DNA of 63,991 nucleotides, the filler included, from Dugesia japonica (Eukaryota), in NCBI GenBank assembly GCA_001938525.1. It is 6 parts of 6 records of this genome, joined end to end, with 100 filler letters (N's around TTAATTAATTAA, not from the genome) between each part and the next. Parts side by side here need not be neighbours in the genome. Positions count along the whole stretch, not along the records: positions 1 to 9,744 come from MQRL01568426.1; positions 9,845 to 19,445 come from MQRL01596384.1; 4 more parts are not named here. One strand, given 5' to 3'. Made by a program: the position numbers and the translations under genes. The notes below the pieces were generated by a model. The model saw nothing but the letters and a program-made list of their open reading frames with translations. It made no database searches and had not been told where the DNA came from. This document shows positions 1 to 13,600 of this stretch, in pieces. Numbering within the stretch: position 1 is the stretch's first letter; each line of letters starts with the position of its first letter.

Positions 1-539
1 TATCGGATAAATCAAAGAGAAATGACAAGTATTTAAAAGGTTGTCTGTTGAATTTTAGAAAAAGTTGAAATTCCTTTAAAATGGTCGATAGTTTGCTATC
101 AATTAAAAATTATAATCAAAATGCAATTAATTAAAAAAATTAAAATAAAAAAAATTTTAAAAAATTAAACTTTGTATTGAAAAATATTTTAAAAAATTTT
201 GAGCAATGTAATTATTAAAGTTGTTGTTTCGAAACATTATTTTATGCAATTGCTTAGTATGAATTTTATAGCATAGTTGATAGATGATGTTTTATGGAGA
301 ATTAATATATAATTACATTTAAATAAGTTAATTGAATCTAATTAAATTTATTATTTACTAGAAAAACTTTCAATTTTTAAATAGAATTCTCAATGTGGAA
401 ACGGGATCCGGAAAATGTTATCGTAAATTTTTATCCCAAATTCTCGGGATCCCTGGATTACTGATCATGAAAGTGACATTGATAATGATGATGCAATATT
501 TCAAATAAGTTCTTCAAAGAATGATTTTGATCACCTCAA

Positions 540-660
540 TTTACATATAATAATTCTTACTCTCATTTCAAAAATAAGAAAATCAATAGAAAATTTCCGA
601 CAAATCCATTAAAGAACGGTGTTCTTCAATATTTATGGTCAAAGAATATAAAAGAAACGG
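540..660 (+). pseudogene. Short hAT-like transposase remnant
   Basis: Frameshifted translation LISKIRKSIENFR..PLKNGVLQ resembles the hAT segment I.KVRK.V..FR.SP.KN..LQ. Confidence 0.3.
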
Positions 661-926
661 TTCCATGAAAAAATATTTTAAGACTGTTAGGTAAATCTTC
701 AATTGATAATTCATTTTACAAATCACAACTAATATTTTTAGACATCATTTATTTCATTACTAAAACAGATATTTGATAATATAATTATAAGTAATTAGAA
801 TTAATTAAATATTAATATTCAATTTAATCACTTTCTATTAGCCAAAATTATTAAATAATAATTATTTTCTTATAAATACAATAAATTTTATTATTTTTAA
901 TAAAATTTCAGAAACTATCCATTAAA

Positions 927-1080
927 ATGCAAAATAATCGTAAGAAATTTGTACTAACTATAAAACAAAAACTTACATTAAATGAAAAATTTAAACAGAG
1001 TGGATGTACATCCAAACTTACACAAGAATATAAAATTGCTATGCAAACTGTTTTGAAAAATTTTGAAGATGTCATCATTG
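927..1080 (+). pseudogene. Tigger/pogo (CENP-B N-terminal, HTH_psq-like) transposase fragment
   Basis: RKKFVLTIKQKLTLNEKFKQSGCTSKLTQEYKIAMQTV matches the pattern RK..LTI.QKL.II..LE.G.S...LA.EY.I...TV; no DDE domain follows. Confidence 0.6.
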
Positions 1081-1556
1081 GAATATTTGTACAATGTGTA
1101 CAAATAAAGCCAAATCATTTCATGAAGCATTAGGGTTAAGTAGAAATTTTGTTGTCATAATATATTTTATTAAATATAACGGAAAATTTCGTCATAATAT
1201 ATTTTGTCTGAGTATATTTTGTCCTACCATCAAAGAAACATCATTAATATTAAGCATAAGTTAAGAATATTGAAAATATGTCCTTCATAGCAATGCTAAT
1301 ATGTTGAATAAAGTAAATTTCAATATTAATGGTTATAAATTTAATAATTTCAATTTCTATATAAATGTGAGGGTTATATGTGATACTGGTTGATGATACT
1401 CAACGATGACTAAAAAACGAGGATATAATATATATTACCCAATGATTGTGTCATTATCAGTTCCAGTGGCTCTTGGCATTTAATTCAAATTTAATGAACT
1501 CAATATTTGCGTACTCTTTTGGTTTCCTGGTTGAATTTTCCAAGATTTTTATAAAC

Positions 1557-4280
1557 TAGGGATTCCATTAGTCAATTTTGACCGAAATAGACACGTTTTT
1601 AAAAATACAGAATGTCTTGGGACATATGAGTGTCAATTTTTCCATAAAATATTAATACATGCATGTCCAATGGTCTAATCATTATATAACAGACTCTAAT
1701 GTACACATTAAAAAAGAATATACACATATGTATGTATTATATTCGCTTTACACAGCATACACACATTGAACCGCTATCAAAGCAACTTATAAGTTAATAA
1801 GTAAGAGTAAAAAGTATTTTCAAATTTCAGTTTGGTTTTCTATTTTGCACATTAATCATCATGTATGTTATTCATGTAATGTTAATGGATAAATTTATTT
1901 TTCAATAAATATTTTGTAGTCATGCAAAAAAGTGGGTATGTTTTTGATGATACTTTGACAAAAGAATTCTCTTTTATAAAAAATGTCACAAANNNNNNNN
2001 NNNNNNNNNNNNNNNNNNNNNNNNNNNNNNNNNNNNNNNNNNNNNNNNNNNNNNNNNNNNNNNNNNNNNNNNNNNNNNNNNNNNNNNNNNNNNNNNNNNN
2101 NNNNNNNNNNNNNNNNNNNNNNNNNNNNNNNNNNNNNNNNNNNNNNNNNNNNNNNNNNNNNNNNNNNNNNNNNNNNNNNNNNNNNNNNNNNNNNCTCTTC
2201 ATTCGATGAAGCATAATCACAATATTAAGTCAATGGATTGCACATCAAATATCATCAAAAAACTTTATGATAAAAATTTACTTGCTCTCAAACAAAAGCA
2301 AAAACTATTATTGTGAATAAAATCTCTTCGTGGCCAGTATAACAAATTGTAAAAGACTTGAAGGAAGTCAAATGTAATACTGTTACTTTTGATAGTTCTA
2401 ATCATTTTAATTTAAAAATGTTATCTATTTTAACTAGGTGTTATGGTCCAAAAAAGGAGTACACTAAAGGTATTTGACATGAAAAATTTCCTTGTCGAAA
2501 AATACTATAATCATTGATCATATTTTACATGTTATTGATAAATTTCCTCTAGTAGAAAAAATTGTGGCTTTTCAGCAAACAATACCAACATAAATTTTGG
2601 TGGTAAAAAAAACTAAAAAAAAATGAACAAAATTGTGTTTTCAAAATTGCTGAATTCACTTAACAGAAATATAATTGGAATAGGTTTTGCTGCACACATA
2701 GTACACAATGTATTAAAATCTGCCGAAAATTGTTTGCTAATAGATTTTCAAATTGTAATCGACAAAATTTATCAGCATTTTCCCATTTTTACAGTAAGGG
2801 TAGAAGAATTGAAATAGTTTTGTGATTTTGTTGATGAAGAATAAAAAATTATACTCGGACATTCAAAACTTAAATGGCTGTCATTACTGCATGCTTTACA
2901 GAGATTAAAAACTGTTTAAAAATACTCAAATTGTTGGGGATGATGCAAACCAAAATTAATTACACACACATGCACNCATTCACAACATACATAAAAAACA
3001 TAAAACATACATAATAATCAATAACATCCAATGTTCGAGTCAATCAACCAACTCAAAAAATCCAACCCGAATCAATCCAATTCAGCCAGACTTAACCAGA
3101 GAATTGCAAGAACATTATCCTTATTATATGATTTTGATAACAGACATTTTTCTGATCTTGAACTCTTAGTTTTATTTTTATTATTTGATTTTCAAATTTA
3201 TTCTTAGTTTTAATATTTTAGTTTTAATATTTTATTTAATTACGTTGGATTAAAAGAAAATCAATTATAATAGTAACATAATTCTATAAAGAAATACAAA
3301 GAAATCAATAATATATCAGAAGAAAAATGTGGATTTATTTACATGTCTCTATGAATTGTTACTATTTTTGAGAAAAGATTTGAAAATGTTTCTATATTGT
3401 GTAAATTTTTGTGAATTTCAAATTGTTTTTTTNNNNNNNNNNNNNNNNNNNNNNNNNNNNNNNACATGTTTGAAAATAGTATAAATACTGTAAGAATTTA
3501 GAGTAATTTCACCCCTTATTAAATCCATTCAACAGTTTGTTTCCTTGATAGAAACACAACTGAGGAAAAAATAATAAGTCGACTGTAAAATGATTTAATG
3601 CAATATATTTTTTTAAAAGTAATAATTTGTTTAGTTTGATATAGGACCTACCAAAAAAGTTTTTTTATAAACGTATCATTTTATCTATAATAAACCTTTT
3701 AAGTTATAGAAACACCCAATATATTACGATAATATATTTAGATTGTTGAACAATTAAAACCACTATCAAATTCACGATTTGTTGATTTACTTTTGTAACA
3801 ATCCCTAAAGTATCTCAACAAAATCATATTTTTCTTCTATTAACAAATGTCCTATGGTTATTGAAAATCTTGAAAATCGGCTTTCACTAACATGTTTGTA
3901 CTTTCTCCATTATCAATCAAAGCTTATTTCTGAAGCAATTACAATAGTTAAAAGACAAAACATGATGGTACTCGAAGTCCAGTTTCAAATGACTACATTA
4001 ATTGAACAAATTAAGATACGCCAAACAGAAGAATATATTCCAGGAACTGTAAAAAATCGTTAGACGAATTGATTGACAACGGACTTTTAACACAAAAAAT
4101 TTAAACGTAATGCTGATTATTCTATGATACAATGATAGAATATATGAATTGATGGGAATGCCCCTACAAAGAATTTAATACAATGTCCTGGCAACTCTTA
4201 ATAAAACTGTTGAATGGAGTACAGTCATGAACATATATACACAGATTAAAGATATTCATTCATCCACTGAATGAATCAAG
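1557..4280 (+). mobile_element. Decayed hAT DNA transposon (transposase ~1922-4280), split by a solo LTR and truncated by a Gypsy relic
   Basis: Colinear broken motifs: YVFDDTLTKEFSFIK, FTCSQTK, FDSSNH, NTNINFGG, GIGFAAHIVHN (CxxH-like), TVRVEELK*FCDF, GHSKLKWLSL. Removing 2932-3820 and one AAAT gives LKSYFSSINKCP. A TAGGG-type terminus lies at ~1557. Confidence 0.75.
2932..3820 (+). mobile_element. Solo LTR (889 bp), Ty3/Gypsy-type
   Basis: TGTTGGGGAT...ATCTCAACA termini, AAAT duplicated at 2928-2931 and 3821-3824, TATA-like AGTATAAATACTG at ~3478; excision restores the hAT reading frame. Confidence 0.8.
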
Positions 4281-6850
4281 GGAGATTGCGATTAACTTTG
4301 GAGATCAAGAGAGATGTAATAAAAGATTTGCTGAATCTTGTAAACTATCAACGTGGCAGTTCTTTAAAAAAGTGGAATATTTTATCGATAAATGTTTTGA
4401 CGAAAAAACAAATATTGTAAAAATGTTAATAATTTGCGCAGATATAAAAAAGAGAGCAGTAAAAATAATTAGGAGGAAATTGAAGAAAGCAGAAGATATA
4501 AAAGAAACCCTATCTCTAGAAGAAAAAATAGAAATTAGTAAAAATCCACGCGGGAGTAGCAAGCGAAAAGGTACCAAAGACTGGAGAAGAAACAAGAGAA
4601 AAGTAATTAAGTAAATAACGAAAAAGTAAGAGCAGAACCAGAGTGTTGGACATGCCAGAGTTATAAGCACACAAAAAGGCAATGTCACAAAAATTCACAA
4701 ATGAAATGCTGGACAAGTGGAAAAGGTATTTAAGTAGAAATTGTCCAGACAAGAAACTACCAAAATGTCTTGAGTGTGGTAAGATTGGTCACATCAGAAA
4801 GATGTGCACAGAAATTGTATGTGGTATATGTAAAAATCCGTGTCACAGAGCGGAAGAATGTTATTCGAACATGAACAAGCCAAGACTAGATGAGAGAAGA
4901 CACGATTTTAGAAGCGGATAACAAACTAAAGATTGCAGTTGGACCAAAACACTTCATGCCACTGGAGAAGATGATTTTGAGGTCTGCATACAGGTCTGCA
5001 TACAAATTATAATACTACACATAACAGTCAGCATTCGATCAATTCGAGTCAATCCAACAATCGATAATTTATTCGAGAAATCAATGAGATTTATTTGATT
5101 TTGATAATTTGTTCAAGAACAATGATATTTACTTTTCGAAGGTCGTTTTGTTGATGATCATCGTTTTGGGACCTTGTTAATTTCGTTCTTATTTTAGTTT
5201 ACTTGACTTTATTTTAAAGTTTATTTTATTTATCTTAGTTATAATTAATAATTCAGTTATCTGTTAATCTTGTAAAGCTTATTTTATTTATCTTATTAAT
5301 AATTCAGTTATTTGTACAGTGGAATAAATATAATAGCCGNNNNNNNNNNNNNNNNNNNNNNNNNNNNNNNNNNNGTAATAATTTCAGTAATTGATTTGAA
5401 AAATCTGATTAATTTTAATAATTGTAAATATTTGTTTGCGAATAAAATTGAATATGCGTGTATGTAAATTGAATGTGCATCCTGGAAAATCAGTATAAAT
5501 ACTGATGAGTTTGATGGTAAAGCTAGACTTTTAAATTGAGAAAACCTCTCTCTTTGAGTGGCTTTTCTCCTTTTAATACATTCTAGAGCCTGAGTATACT
5601 ATTATACAGTTACAAAATAAATATTTATAAGGTGTTTATTTATTTTATTCATATAAAAACTAATACAATATATAACTTATCTATACTTTGTTAATATATA
5701 TTTATTTAATATCGTATTTACATACAAACACTAAAAAANNNNNNNNNNNNNNNNNNNNNNNNNNNNNNNNNNNNNNNNNNNNNNNNNNNNNNNNNNNNNN
5801 NNNNNNNNNNATGAGAGTTAAGAAATATTTTCTAGGAACATAATAGAAGATGTAGATCCGAGAAGAGAATACCCACAAGGTAGGGATCCATCAGTAGAGG
5901 CGTTGGTTGTAGCTATTTATTAAACGCGTTACCGTTTGATTATCCTCAGGGGGTAAAAAATAAAATGACATGAGTAAAATGGGAGAAAATGTATACAGAT
6001 TCCTAAAAAAGAAAAGTGTCATTGAGACGGAAGTTGACAAAGCAGAAGTGGTACGAACAATTAAGGATGAACAGAACGTAGAAATTTAGTATGATAAGAT
6101 GGAAGGAGAACTAACATTTCAGTAATGATCAAAGGTGAACAGTTTGATTGTTCTTTAGATACGGAAGCACTAATAAATTTAATGAGCATGGAAGGATTTA
6201 GTAGACTAGGAGAAACAATATTAGAAAAAAGTGGAGAAACATTGATTGCGCGAATAAAAGCTCATTCGAGACAATTGGGAAAATACGTGTGAAAGTTGTA
6301 GTTTCAGGGGTGTGCAAGAAAATAACATTTACCAATTAGATAAATTAATATCAGATCTAATTGGTAGAATGGAATATCAGAATATTTTTGGGTAATACCT
6401 GCAAAGAAAGTGCATAGTAGAAAGCAAAAATCAACAAAAGAAATTTGTTTGAAACATCAAGACAAAATTTGGAAGACAAATACGGACAGGCGAACGATTA
6501 AGACATGCGATGAAGGTTCTAAAAATTACCAAGGATCATAGATTGATTGCGATTATTCAGAATAATGAAGATTTATTTATGAAGGATAAATGGCATATTG
6601 AATGCACACACTTAACAATGAATTGGATAATCACTAAAGGAGGTCCAATCAACATAAAACCTTTTCGTTAAACAATGAATCTAGAAGAGAAGATTGAAGG
6701 GGCCATCAAGAATCTTTATGACATAATGTATGTCGCATTAATGTATGTAATGACATTATGTATGTATAATTCTCAATGAAATACATCTTTAATTTGAGTT
6801 TGAAGAAAACAGAAAAAGGATATACAATTATGCTTAGACTTTAGAAAGCT
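4280..6850 (+). mobile_element. Ty3/Gypsy gag-protease-RT(5') relic
   Basis: Gag RLRLTLEIKRDVIKDLLNLVNYQRG; CCHC knuckles CLECGKIGHIRKMC and CGICKNPCHRAEEC (4682-4921); protease CSLDTEALINLMS (~6150); pre-RT ITKGGPINIKPFR*TMNLEEKIEGAI; LCLDFRKL (~6830). Homologous to 40140-42690. Confidence 0.8.
4990..5738 (+). mobile_element. LTR-like insertion interrupting the Gypsy relic
   Basis: Non-coding block between gag and protease sharing TTCGAGTCAATC and AGTATAAATACTG with the 2932-3820 solo LTR; ends obscured by a gap. Confidence 0.4.
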
Positions 6851-7820
6851 TAGAAGATCAAAAAAATTCTTAGAAGTGGTATGTGAGAAGGTTTCGAAAA
6901 GCGGATTGAAATTTTGTGCTTTGGTTGGAAATCTTCTTCTTAAAATCTTTTTGAAAATTAAAAGTTTGAATTTGGTAAGAAATTTTTTTATTAAAAATGT
7001 GAATAAGGAATATTTAATTTTTAGACAAAAATTAAGAATTAGTTAAAGATTATTTTAAATATTTTTATACAGAATTTATTGTAGACTTTTTTTAAAATGA
7101 CTATTTATTGTAAAATGTCAAAAATATTTTAGCTGAAAATTCAATAAGAAAATCAATATTTTATTCAAAATTTAATAAATTAAAAAGATTTCCAACTAGG
7201 CAGAGTTTTAATTTCTTTGAATAAACAAATAACGATGGTTATAATTTTGCTTTATGAATAAAGTTTTAATGGAATCAAGTTGTCAAATTAATTAATCAAT
7301 GTGTACTTCAAACTCATCTAATACCTGCTATTTTATAAGTGACATTTTTTTCATACATTTCTACCATCACAAATGCATTTGGTACCACAAAAGTTTAGTT
7401 TCTGTTATTGAATGCCCNAAGATGCTTGTGTTTGGAATCTAATTATTAGATGGTGTTTGAATTTAGATTTCTTTTTTAGATATTTTGCATGATCTGGCTA
7501 CATTTTCCATAATAAAATGTAATTTAATTAGTGTGTTTGTTTTTGGTTTGATTTTATTATATTCTGTATTTGAATACAATTTTTCAAATTGTATATGTAA
7601 AATAATTTTCCAAGACAACGAATAATATTATTTTGAAATTTAATTTTCATTAAGTATTGAAAGAATTTTTGTAAATCTAAATGTTCGTTTAAATTTGTGA
7701 TAAATTAAATGTTTACATTTAATATTTTAAATTATTTTCGGTATTGATTAATTTTTCAATGAAATAAGTTACTGAAATTTGTCTTTTGAAGAATTATTTC
7801 AAATAAAAGTATTTGATTAA

Positions 7821-7910
7821 CCCTTGTGTGAGCGTCATGGTACAAATTTAATAATAGCGTTTTAAAATTATTGAAACATTTGTATAATTTGCTTCCCGCT
7901 CACGCAATGA
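7821..7910. mobile_element. piggyBac-type MITE (90 bp)
   Basis: TTAA|CCCTTGTGTGAGCG ... CGCTCACGCAATGA|TTAA: imperfect TIRs, TTAA target duplication, CCC start. Confidence 0.6.
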
Positions 7911-9609
7911 TTAAATCATTATTTAGCTGACAGAAACTTTCAAACGGGTAATTTAGAAGTTAAAACGTTCAGAAAACGTTTTGAAGATAGTGAATAAAAA
8001 NNNNNNNNNNNNNNNNNNNNNNNNNATTCAAAAACACTTTATTATTCAAAATTATTTAATATTAATATATAATTAAATTAATAATTAAAATATATTTAGT
8101 AGAAATAAATGCGAATAAAATTAATTCATATACAATTTAAAATTTGAATTTAAAATATATATTGTCATATTATAAAAAATAATCTAAGTAAAATTTAAAT
8201 TATTTCATATTTAAAAAATTTTAAAAATCACTAATTTTTTGAATTGTCATTCGACAGACGTTTATTTGAAATGTTTCCTATGAATGTAATCCGTTTAAAA
8301 TTTACGTTTACCTTAAGCTATATATGATAGTAATTAATTTTTACTATTTCATTAATTAAATACAGATAGGATTAAAATTATACGATTCTTATTTTGGTAA
8401 AATACTACGAAAATTAGTTTAGACCTTTATAAATGGAGTAATTCTTACTTTTATCTACTTTTATCTCACTATAAAATGTTGAAAAAAATAATTCCATTAG
8501 TTTTACTTTTATAATTATACTTAAAATATTTATGAATGTTAGAAATGGACTTTTTAATGAGCTGATTAATAAATTTTTTATTAATTAATATTAATAATTA
8601 GGGATTTAGTATTACTTTAGATTTAATATTACTTTCACATGAAATGAGCGAGAAAATAACGGATATTATTCGAAAAATAATCAAAAAACATGTATTGCTT
8701 GTATTTATTTTGATTATTTTGAATTATTATCATATATATTAATATTACACTAGAAAAACTTTTATTAATATAATTAATTATATGTTTTAAATCATTATAA
8801 AGTTATGGTAATTTTTTTCAAAAACAAGTTAAAAATAAATTATTCAAAAATTTTTATTTAAGAACGGAAGCGTCGCGAGGAATTACCATCGCGGGTCTTT
8901 TGAGGTCGCACCGTTTGCATCGGCCTCCGTCCAGCTTTGATAGCACACCAAATATTTTAAGGGCAAGAAAACAGAAATGGAAGAGAATATAATATGGTTT
9001 GCGCCTGTGTATTAATACATCATTGAAAAGTAGTGAAATTTTAGTAGTTATTACACTTAGGAGAGAAATAGATGAACATTTTATCACAGAACAATTGAAA
9101 ACTTCACAACTTTCCATAAGTTTTATTTATTATCACAAGTGTTTGAGTANNNNNNNNNNNNNNNNNNNNNNNNNNNNNNNNNNNNNNNNNNNNNNNNNNN
9201 NNNNNNNNNNNNNNNNNNNNNNNNNNNNNNNNNNNNNNNNNNNNNNNNNNNNNNNNNNNNNNNNNNNNNNNNNNNNNNNNNNNNNNNNNNNNNNNNNNNN
9301 NNNNNNNNNNNNNNNNNNNNNNNNNNNNNNNNNNNNNNNNNNNNNNNNNNNNNNNNNNNNNNNNNNNNNNNNNNNNNNNTTAAAAAATGTTTTCTTATTT
9401 TAAAAATCTGTAATGTACTTTTTTTTACTATAATATTTGAAATAATATTTAAATATTTCGAAAATAAATTTTAATATAATATAATATAATATATACCAAA
9501 TTAAATAATGTCCCAGATATATTTAATCTATGAATCACTCTTACACCCCCCTCTTTAAAATTTTTTCCACATTTCTTTCGATTATCTTTCCTTCTGAACT
9601 CTTCAGCAG

Positions 9610-9690
9610 CAGAGGCGTAGCTACGGGGTGGCAGGGGGAGACAAGTGTCCCGTGGCGCCAGACAAGGGGTCACCAAAATGGGGTTTGAAA
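9610..9690 (+). mobile_element. hAT-like terminal fragment
   Basis: CAGAGGCGTAGCTACGGGGTGGCAGGGGG resembles CAG(G/T)GGCGTAG hAT termini; no partner end seen. Confidence 0.35.
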
Positions 9691-9744
9691 TATTTGTATT
9701 GTGTATTTTTTGCATCGTTTTAATATGATATCTATCAAGATTGA

Positions 9745-9844
9745 NNNNNNNNNNNNNNNNNNNNNNNNNNNNNNNNNNNNNNNNNNNNTTAATTAATTAA
9801 NNNNNNNNNNNNNNNNNNNNNNNNNNNNNNNNNNNNNNNNNNNN
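9745..9844. other. Artificial scaffold linker
   Basis: 44 N + TTAATTAATTAA (stops in all six frames, 9789-9800) + 44 N. Confidence 0.95.
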
Positions 9845-9930
9845 GAAAACCTTCCATTCGAGTAATTGGAGGGCTATTTTGACAACATTTGCTTTGTGTG
9901 ACCATGCGTTGTCGTGAAACAAGATTAATT
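9845..9930 (-). pseudogene. mariner transposase fragment (catalytic region)
   Basis: LILFHDNAWSHKANVVKIALQLLEWKVF matches mariner ILLHDNARPH.A......L..L.WEVL. Confidence 0.75.
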
Positions 9931-10414
9931 GGCTAAGCCGATAGTGTCTGAGTTCTGTACAAAAATTATTTCTTGTGGCCGCATTCCGCTCGAACGTGAT
10001 GTATCCATGCAATTTGGAGGTTTTCTTAGTGTTGTTCACTAGGATTGTAGGGCACCAAAGCTCAAAATATTCACTCAAAACCCATCTAATCAATGCAGTT
10101 CGTCGTCTCGGCAAATTCTCTTAGAAAATAAGAACAAAAAGAAAAGAAATGGAAAATGCACCAAGGGAAGACGGAGATAAATAAACATGAAACAAAACCA
10201 CAATGAGAGAAACAAGAAAGAAAACAAATATAATTAAAAATATGAAAGCTGTTACGCGAGTTGTAGCACAAAAGGAAAAAGATAAGCAACAATGACATGC
10301 AGCATTTCTCACTTTTTATTGCAAACTTTATTACACAACTCCACAGGTTAGTCCGACATGTGTTGTCTTGTTACATCGACAAACAACATTCCGTTATATA
10401 GACAAGGACCATAT

Positions 10415-10680
10415 AGCGAGGACTGGTGAATATTGGTATAATAATTTCAATAATGGTAATTCTGAGCTCGACAACAAGACCTGCTCCGGTCGACCAATCA
10501 GAATTTGATGCAAAATATCTTCGGGTGCTTTTAAAGGAGGATAGCCACTAAGCATGTCACTATGCAGGTCTTGTTGTCGAGCTCAAAATTGCGATTTTTG
10601 AAATTATTAAACCAATCTTCAGCAGTCCTCGCAGCTATCTGATCCGAATGTAGAGCGTGTATATCAAGTAAAAAGACAAC
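10415..10680. pseudogene. Two head-to-head mariner N-terminal HTH fragments
   Basis: + strand ARTGEYWYNNFNNGNSELDNKTCSGRP; - strand ARTAEDWFNNFKNRNFELDNKTC; both match mariner RT...WF..F..G.F.L.D..RSGRP. Confidence 0.65.
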
Positions 10681-13600
10681 ACATTGTGTTACTGAGCATT
10701 TTTTAACGGAAAGAGAAGAAATGCAGGAATCCATTTAACGAATATTGTGCGTGTAGATGAATCCCATTTAATATCAACCCGGTAACAATCCAACCTGTTA
10801 AATGTCGGAGAATTTCGTTGTGCTCCCACGCCGCACATGTAAAAACTCAGTCATTGAATGAGTGAGAAACCGAAAGGCAAAAAAGAAATTAGAAACGTAA
10901 GGATTTCTTACAAAAAAGAAAATGGAAATAAAAATGCGTTCTGAAGGTGGCAAATATTTTGGTTCAATCAACCATTCGTACAAGATGAGCCGGTCGATGG
11001 TGTGTTCGATTAAAAATCCAAGTGGAAAAGAGCGTAGATCACAAGTATAAAGACATATCGTGTTACAGAGCAGTTTACAACGAAAAAGAAAGAAATGAAG
11101 GATGTGTATACATAAGAGCAAGTATGTAGTGTCGTCAGCCACTCAGATTACCAAGGGTCAAAGGAATACTCATATAAAAGTGCTACCACAAAACTTGAAG
11201 TTGCTTGTTTTTACAAACAAGTTTTGGCGTCCTGGGAGGTTGACCCTCCCCCTTGAACTATGGATAACAGATGGTAATTCTCGNNNNNNNNNNNNNNNNN
11301 NNNNNNNNNNNNNNNNNNNNNNNNNNNNNNNNNNNNNNNNNNNNNNNNNNNNNNNNNNNNNNNNGGGGAACTCTTTAAGTAACAATAAACCGGGACAGTC
11401 CCGAATACTCAGTTTATTGGTAACAACTCGATCATTACATCAATATGAAATATTAGAAGATATTCTCATTAATTAAATAAATTATATAATAAAATCGTGA
11501 CAAAATTTACTTTATTAAAAATCAAATCAAATAGAAACAATCAATAAATTATGTTTTATTGTAATAGTAATTTTCTATTGTTGAAAAAGAAAAAGTTTAT
11601 TGTGAATATTAAATAAAATCATTTCAAATAATAAATAAATTAAAATTTAATGAAAATTTTATAAAACTAAATTAATTACAAATAACAATTTTATAATAAT
11701 GTACTTACTGATTTACTTAAAAAGGCACTTCTACTTAAGATAGATGTCATAGAAGATTTAGGATAAGATTCTGAAATATTATGTTCATTAAATGAGGCCT
11801 GGAATCTCGAAGGACGTAAATTATTGGTATTTAACAATAAATTTTCAATATTTTTAACATTTTCATTATGATCTTTTTGACTATTTACTAGGATAGATAA
11901 TATAATTTAATATAATTTTAAGTTAAAAAGAAATCACTTTTGAAATTAAAATTTCTTCGATGACTTAATTGTTCAAGTAGTTTTCTGGACTGTGAAGTTA
12001 AAGAATTTTCCATAATTAAAGATTCAAATGTAAATAATTTTCAGTATCTATAAACTATTTTTATTAAACAACTTAAACATAAAATTAAACAGTAATTAAT
12101 TTATATTAATATTATGGATTTAATGGAAAATATTGGAAATATTTGAGTGAATGAAATTGTTTCAAAGATTATAATAATTTTAATATCTTAAATTAAAGTT
12201 TAAAGATGGTCTGAACTAAATGTAAAATTACAGAAACAATAATCAAGAATTAATTAAATAATAAAACTNTAATTAAATTATATCTTTCAAAATTATCAAA
12301 TGTTAAATTAATATGACATTTATCAAAAATTTTAATTTTAAATTTGATTTTCTAAACGAAATGTATTTTACCGAAATCGAGCATGAATAAATTTAAACCA
12401 TGTAAGCAATTGGGTAAATAAAAAGAAATTCGCACTGTTACTTTCTATTTTCCCCAAAAATTTCTAACTACTTTAATACCTAAAATGTTGAATCATCTAA
12501 CCACTTAACAAAATTAATATTTATTACTGGTAAAAAATAACTTACACTGAATGATAAATATGTTGGGGCGAAACACCCAGTTAATGAAACAAAACCACAT
12601 AAGCTCCAATCCGTAAAGAAGAATAGTAACGGCATCACAAGGGCCCATTAGGGAAGAAAACAGTCACGATCATAAACCAGACGCTACGTATAAACCTTTA
12701 AAAGAATGAAAAATTCAGAAGGTGGCCACAGAAAAATTGGGTGAATAAAGATGATGTACATCAATCTCATGAATTAGGAAAATTACCAAAATCCATAATA
12801 AAACCAAGAAAATCATTAATCAAAATAACTATTTTAAAAAGAAAAAATATTAATTAATTCAGAAATAAATTAAACCAAAATTAGCAAAAAATTCGTTTTA
12901 TACGAATAACTTTACAACCAAAAGACACAGGAGCTGGGCAGAAGAACATTTGGAAAGGATTTGGATCAGGTCATCTGAATTTTGGCACGAGAAACTGGTA
13001 CCACCATCTAGAGGACCTCCACGAAGATTCTAAGATCGGTCCAATAGCAATCTGAAATTAAAAAAATAAAACAAAGTACTAAGCCTCACCTGATGATTTA
13101 AAAATAACCGCCAATTGGAATTCTAAAACTCTGAAAAAATTTTAGAAAATTGGCAGTAGAACCAATAGAAAGCAGTAAACTCAAATTAAAAATAACCAGC
13201 GAATATGAAAAAATTGGGGTGCGAAGAAAAATCGTATAAAAGGAATCATGGAATTTGCAGAAGGAACTACAAAAAAACTACAAAAAACAACTAAAAATTC
13301 AACTCAAATCAAAAAACCGCGAATTTGACAATTATCTGAGAAAAGTTATCAACAAAATTCTACTACGATAATAATAGTTGGAAAAAACGTGATTAGTTAT
13401 CGTGCATCGATCAATTTACCGCCAAACCACAAAGTAACTCTATTATTTGGATCGTGAATTAATTTCAATTTTTCAAGACAGCAGAAGTTACGACACCCAT
13501 TATCTATATTCCGAAGATCATTTATTCACAATTGACTTGTAGCAACTGTTGCAGAAATCCTTTTGAAATTGTTAAATAGTAAGTAATCTGTTATGTTGTA

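Noticed and set aside
1882-2220. ORF-track entries spanning N runs (also near 9000-9470, 26183, 30685, 53064)
   Set aside because: Open only because N codons hide stops
10980-11100. Possible Copia RT start (RW..K......KYK)
   Set aside because: Needs several frameshifts; too short to support
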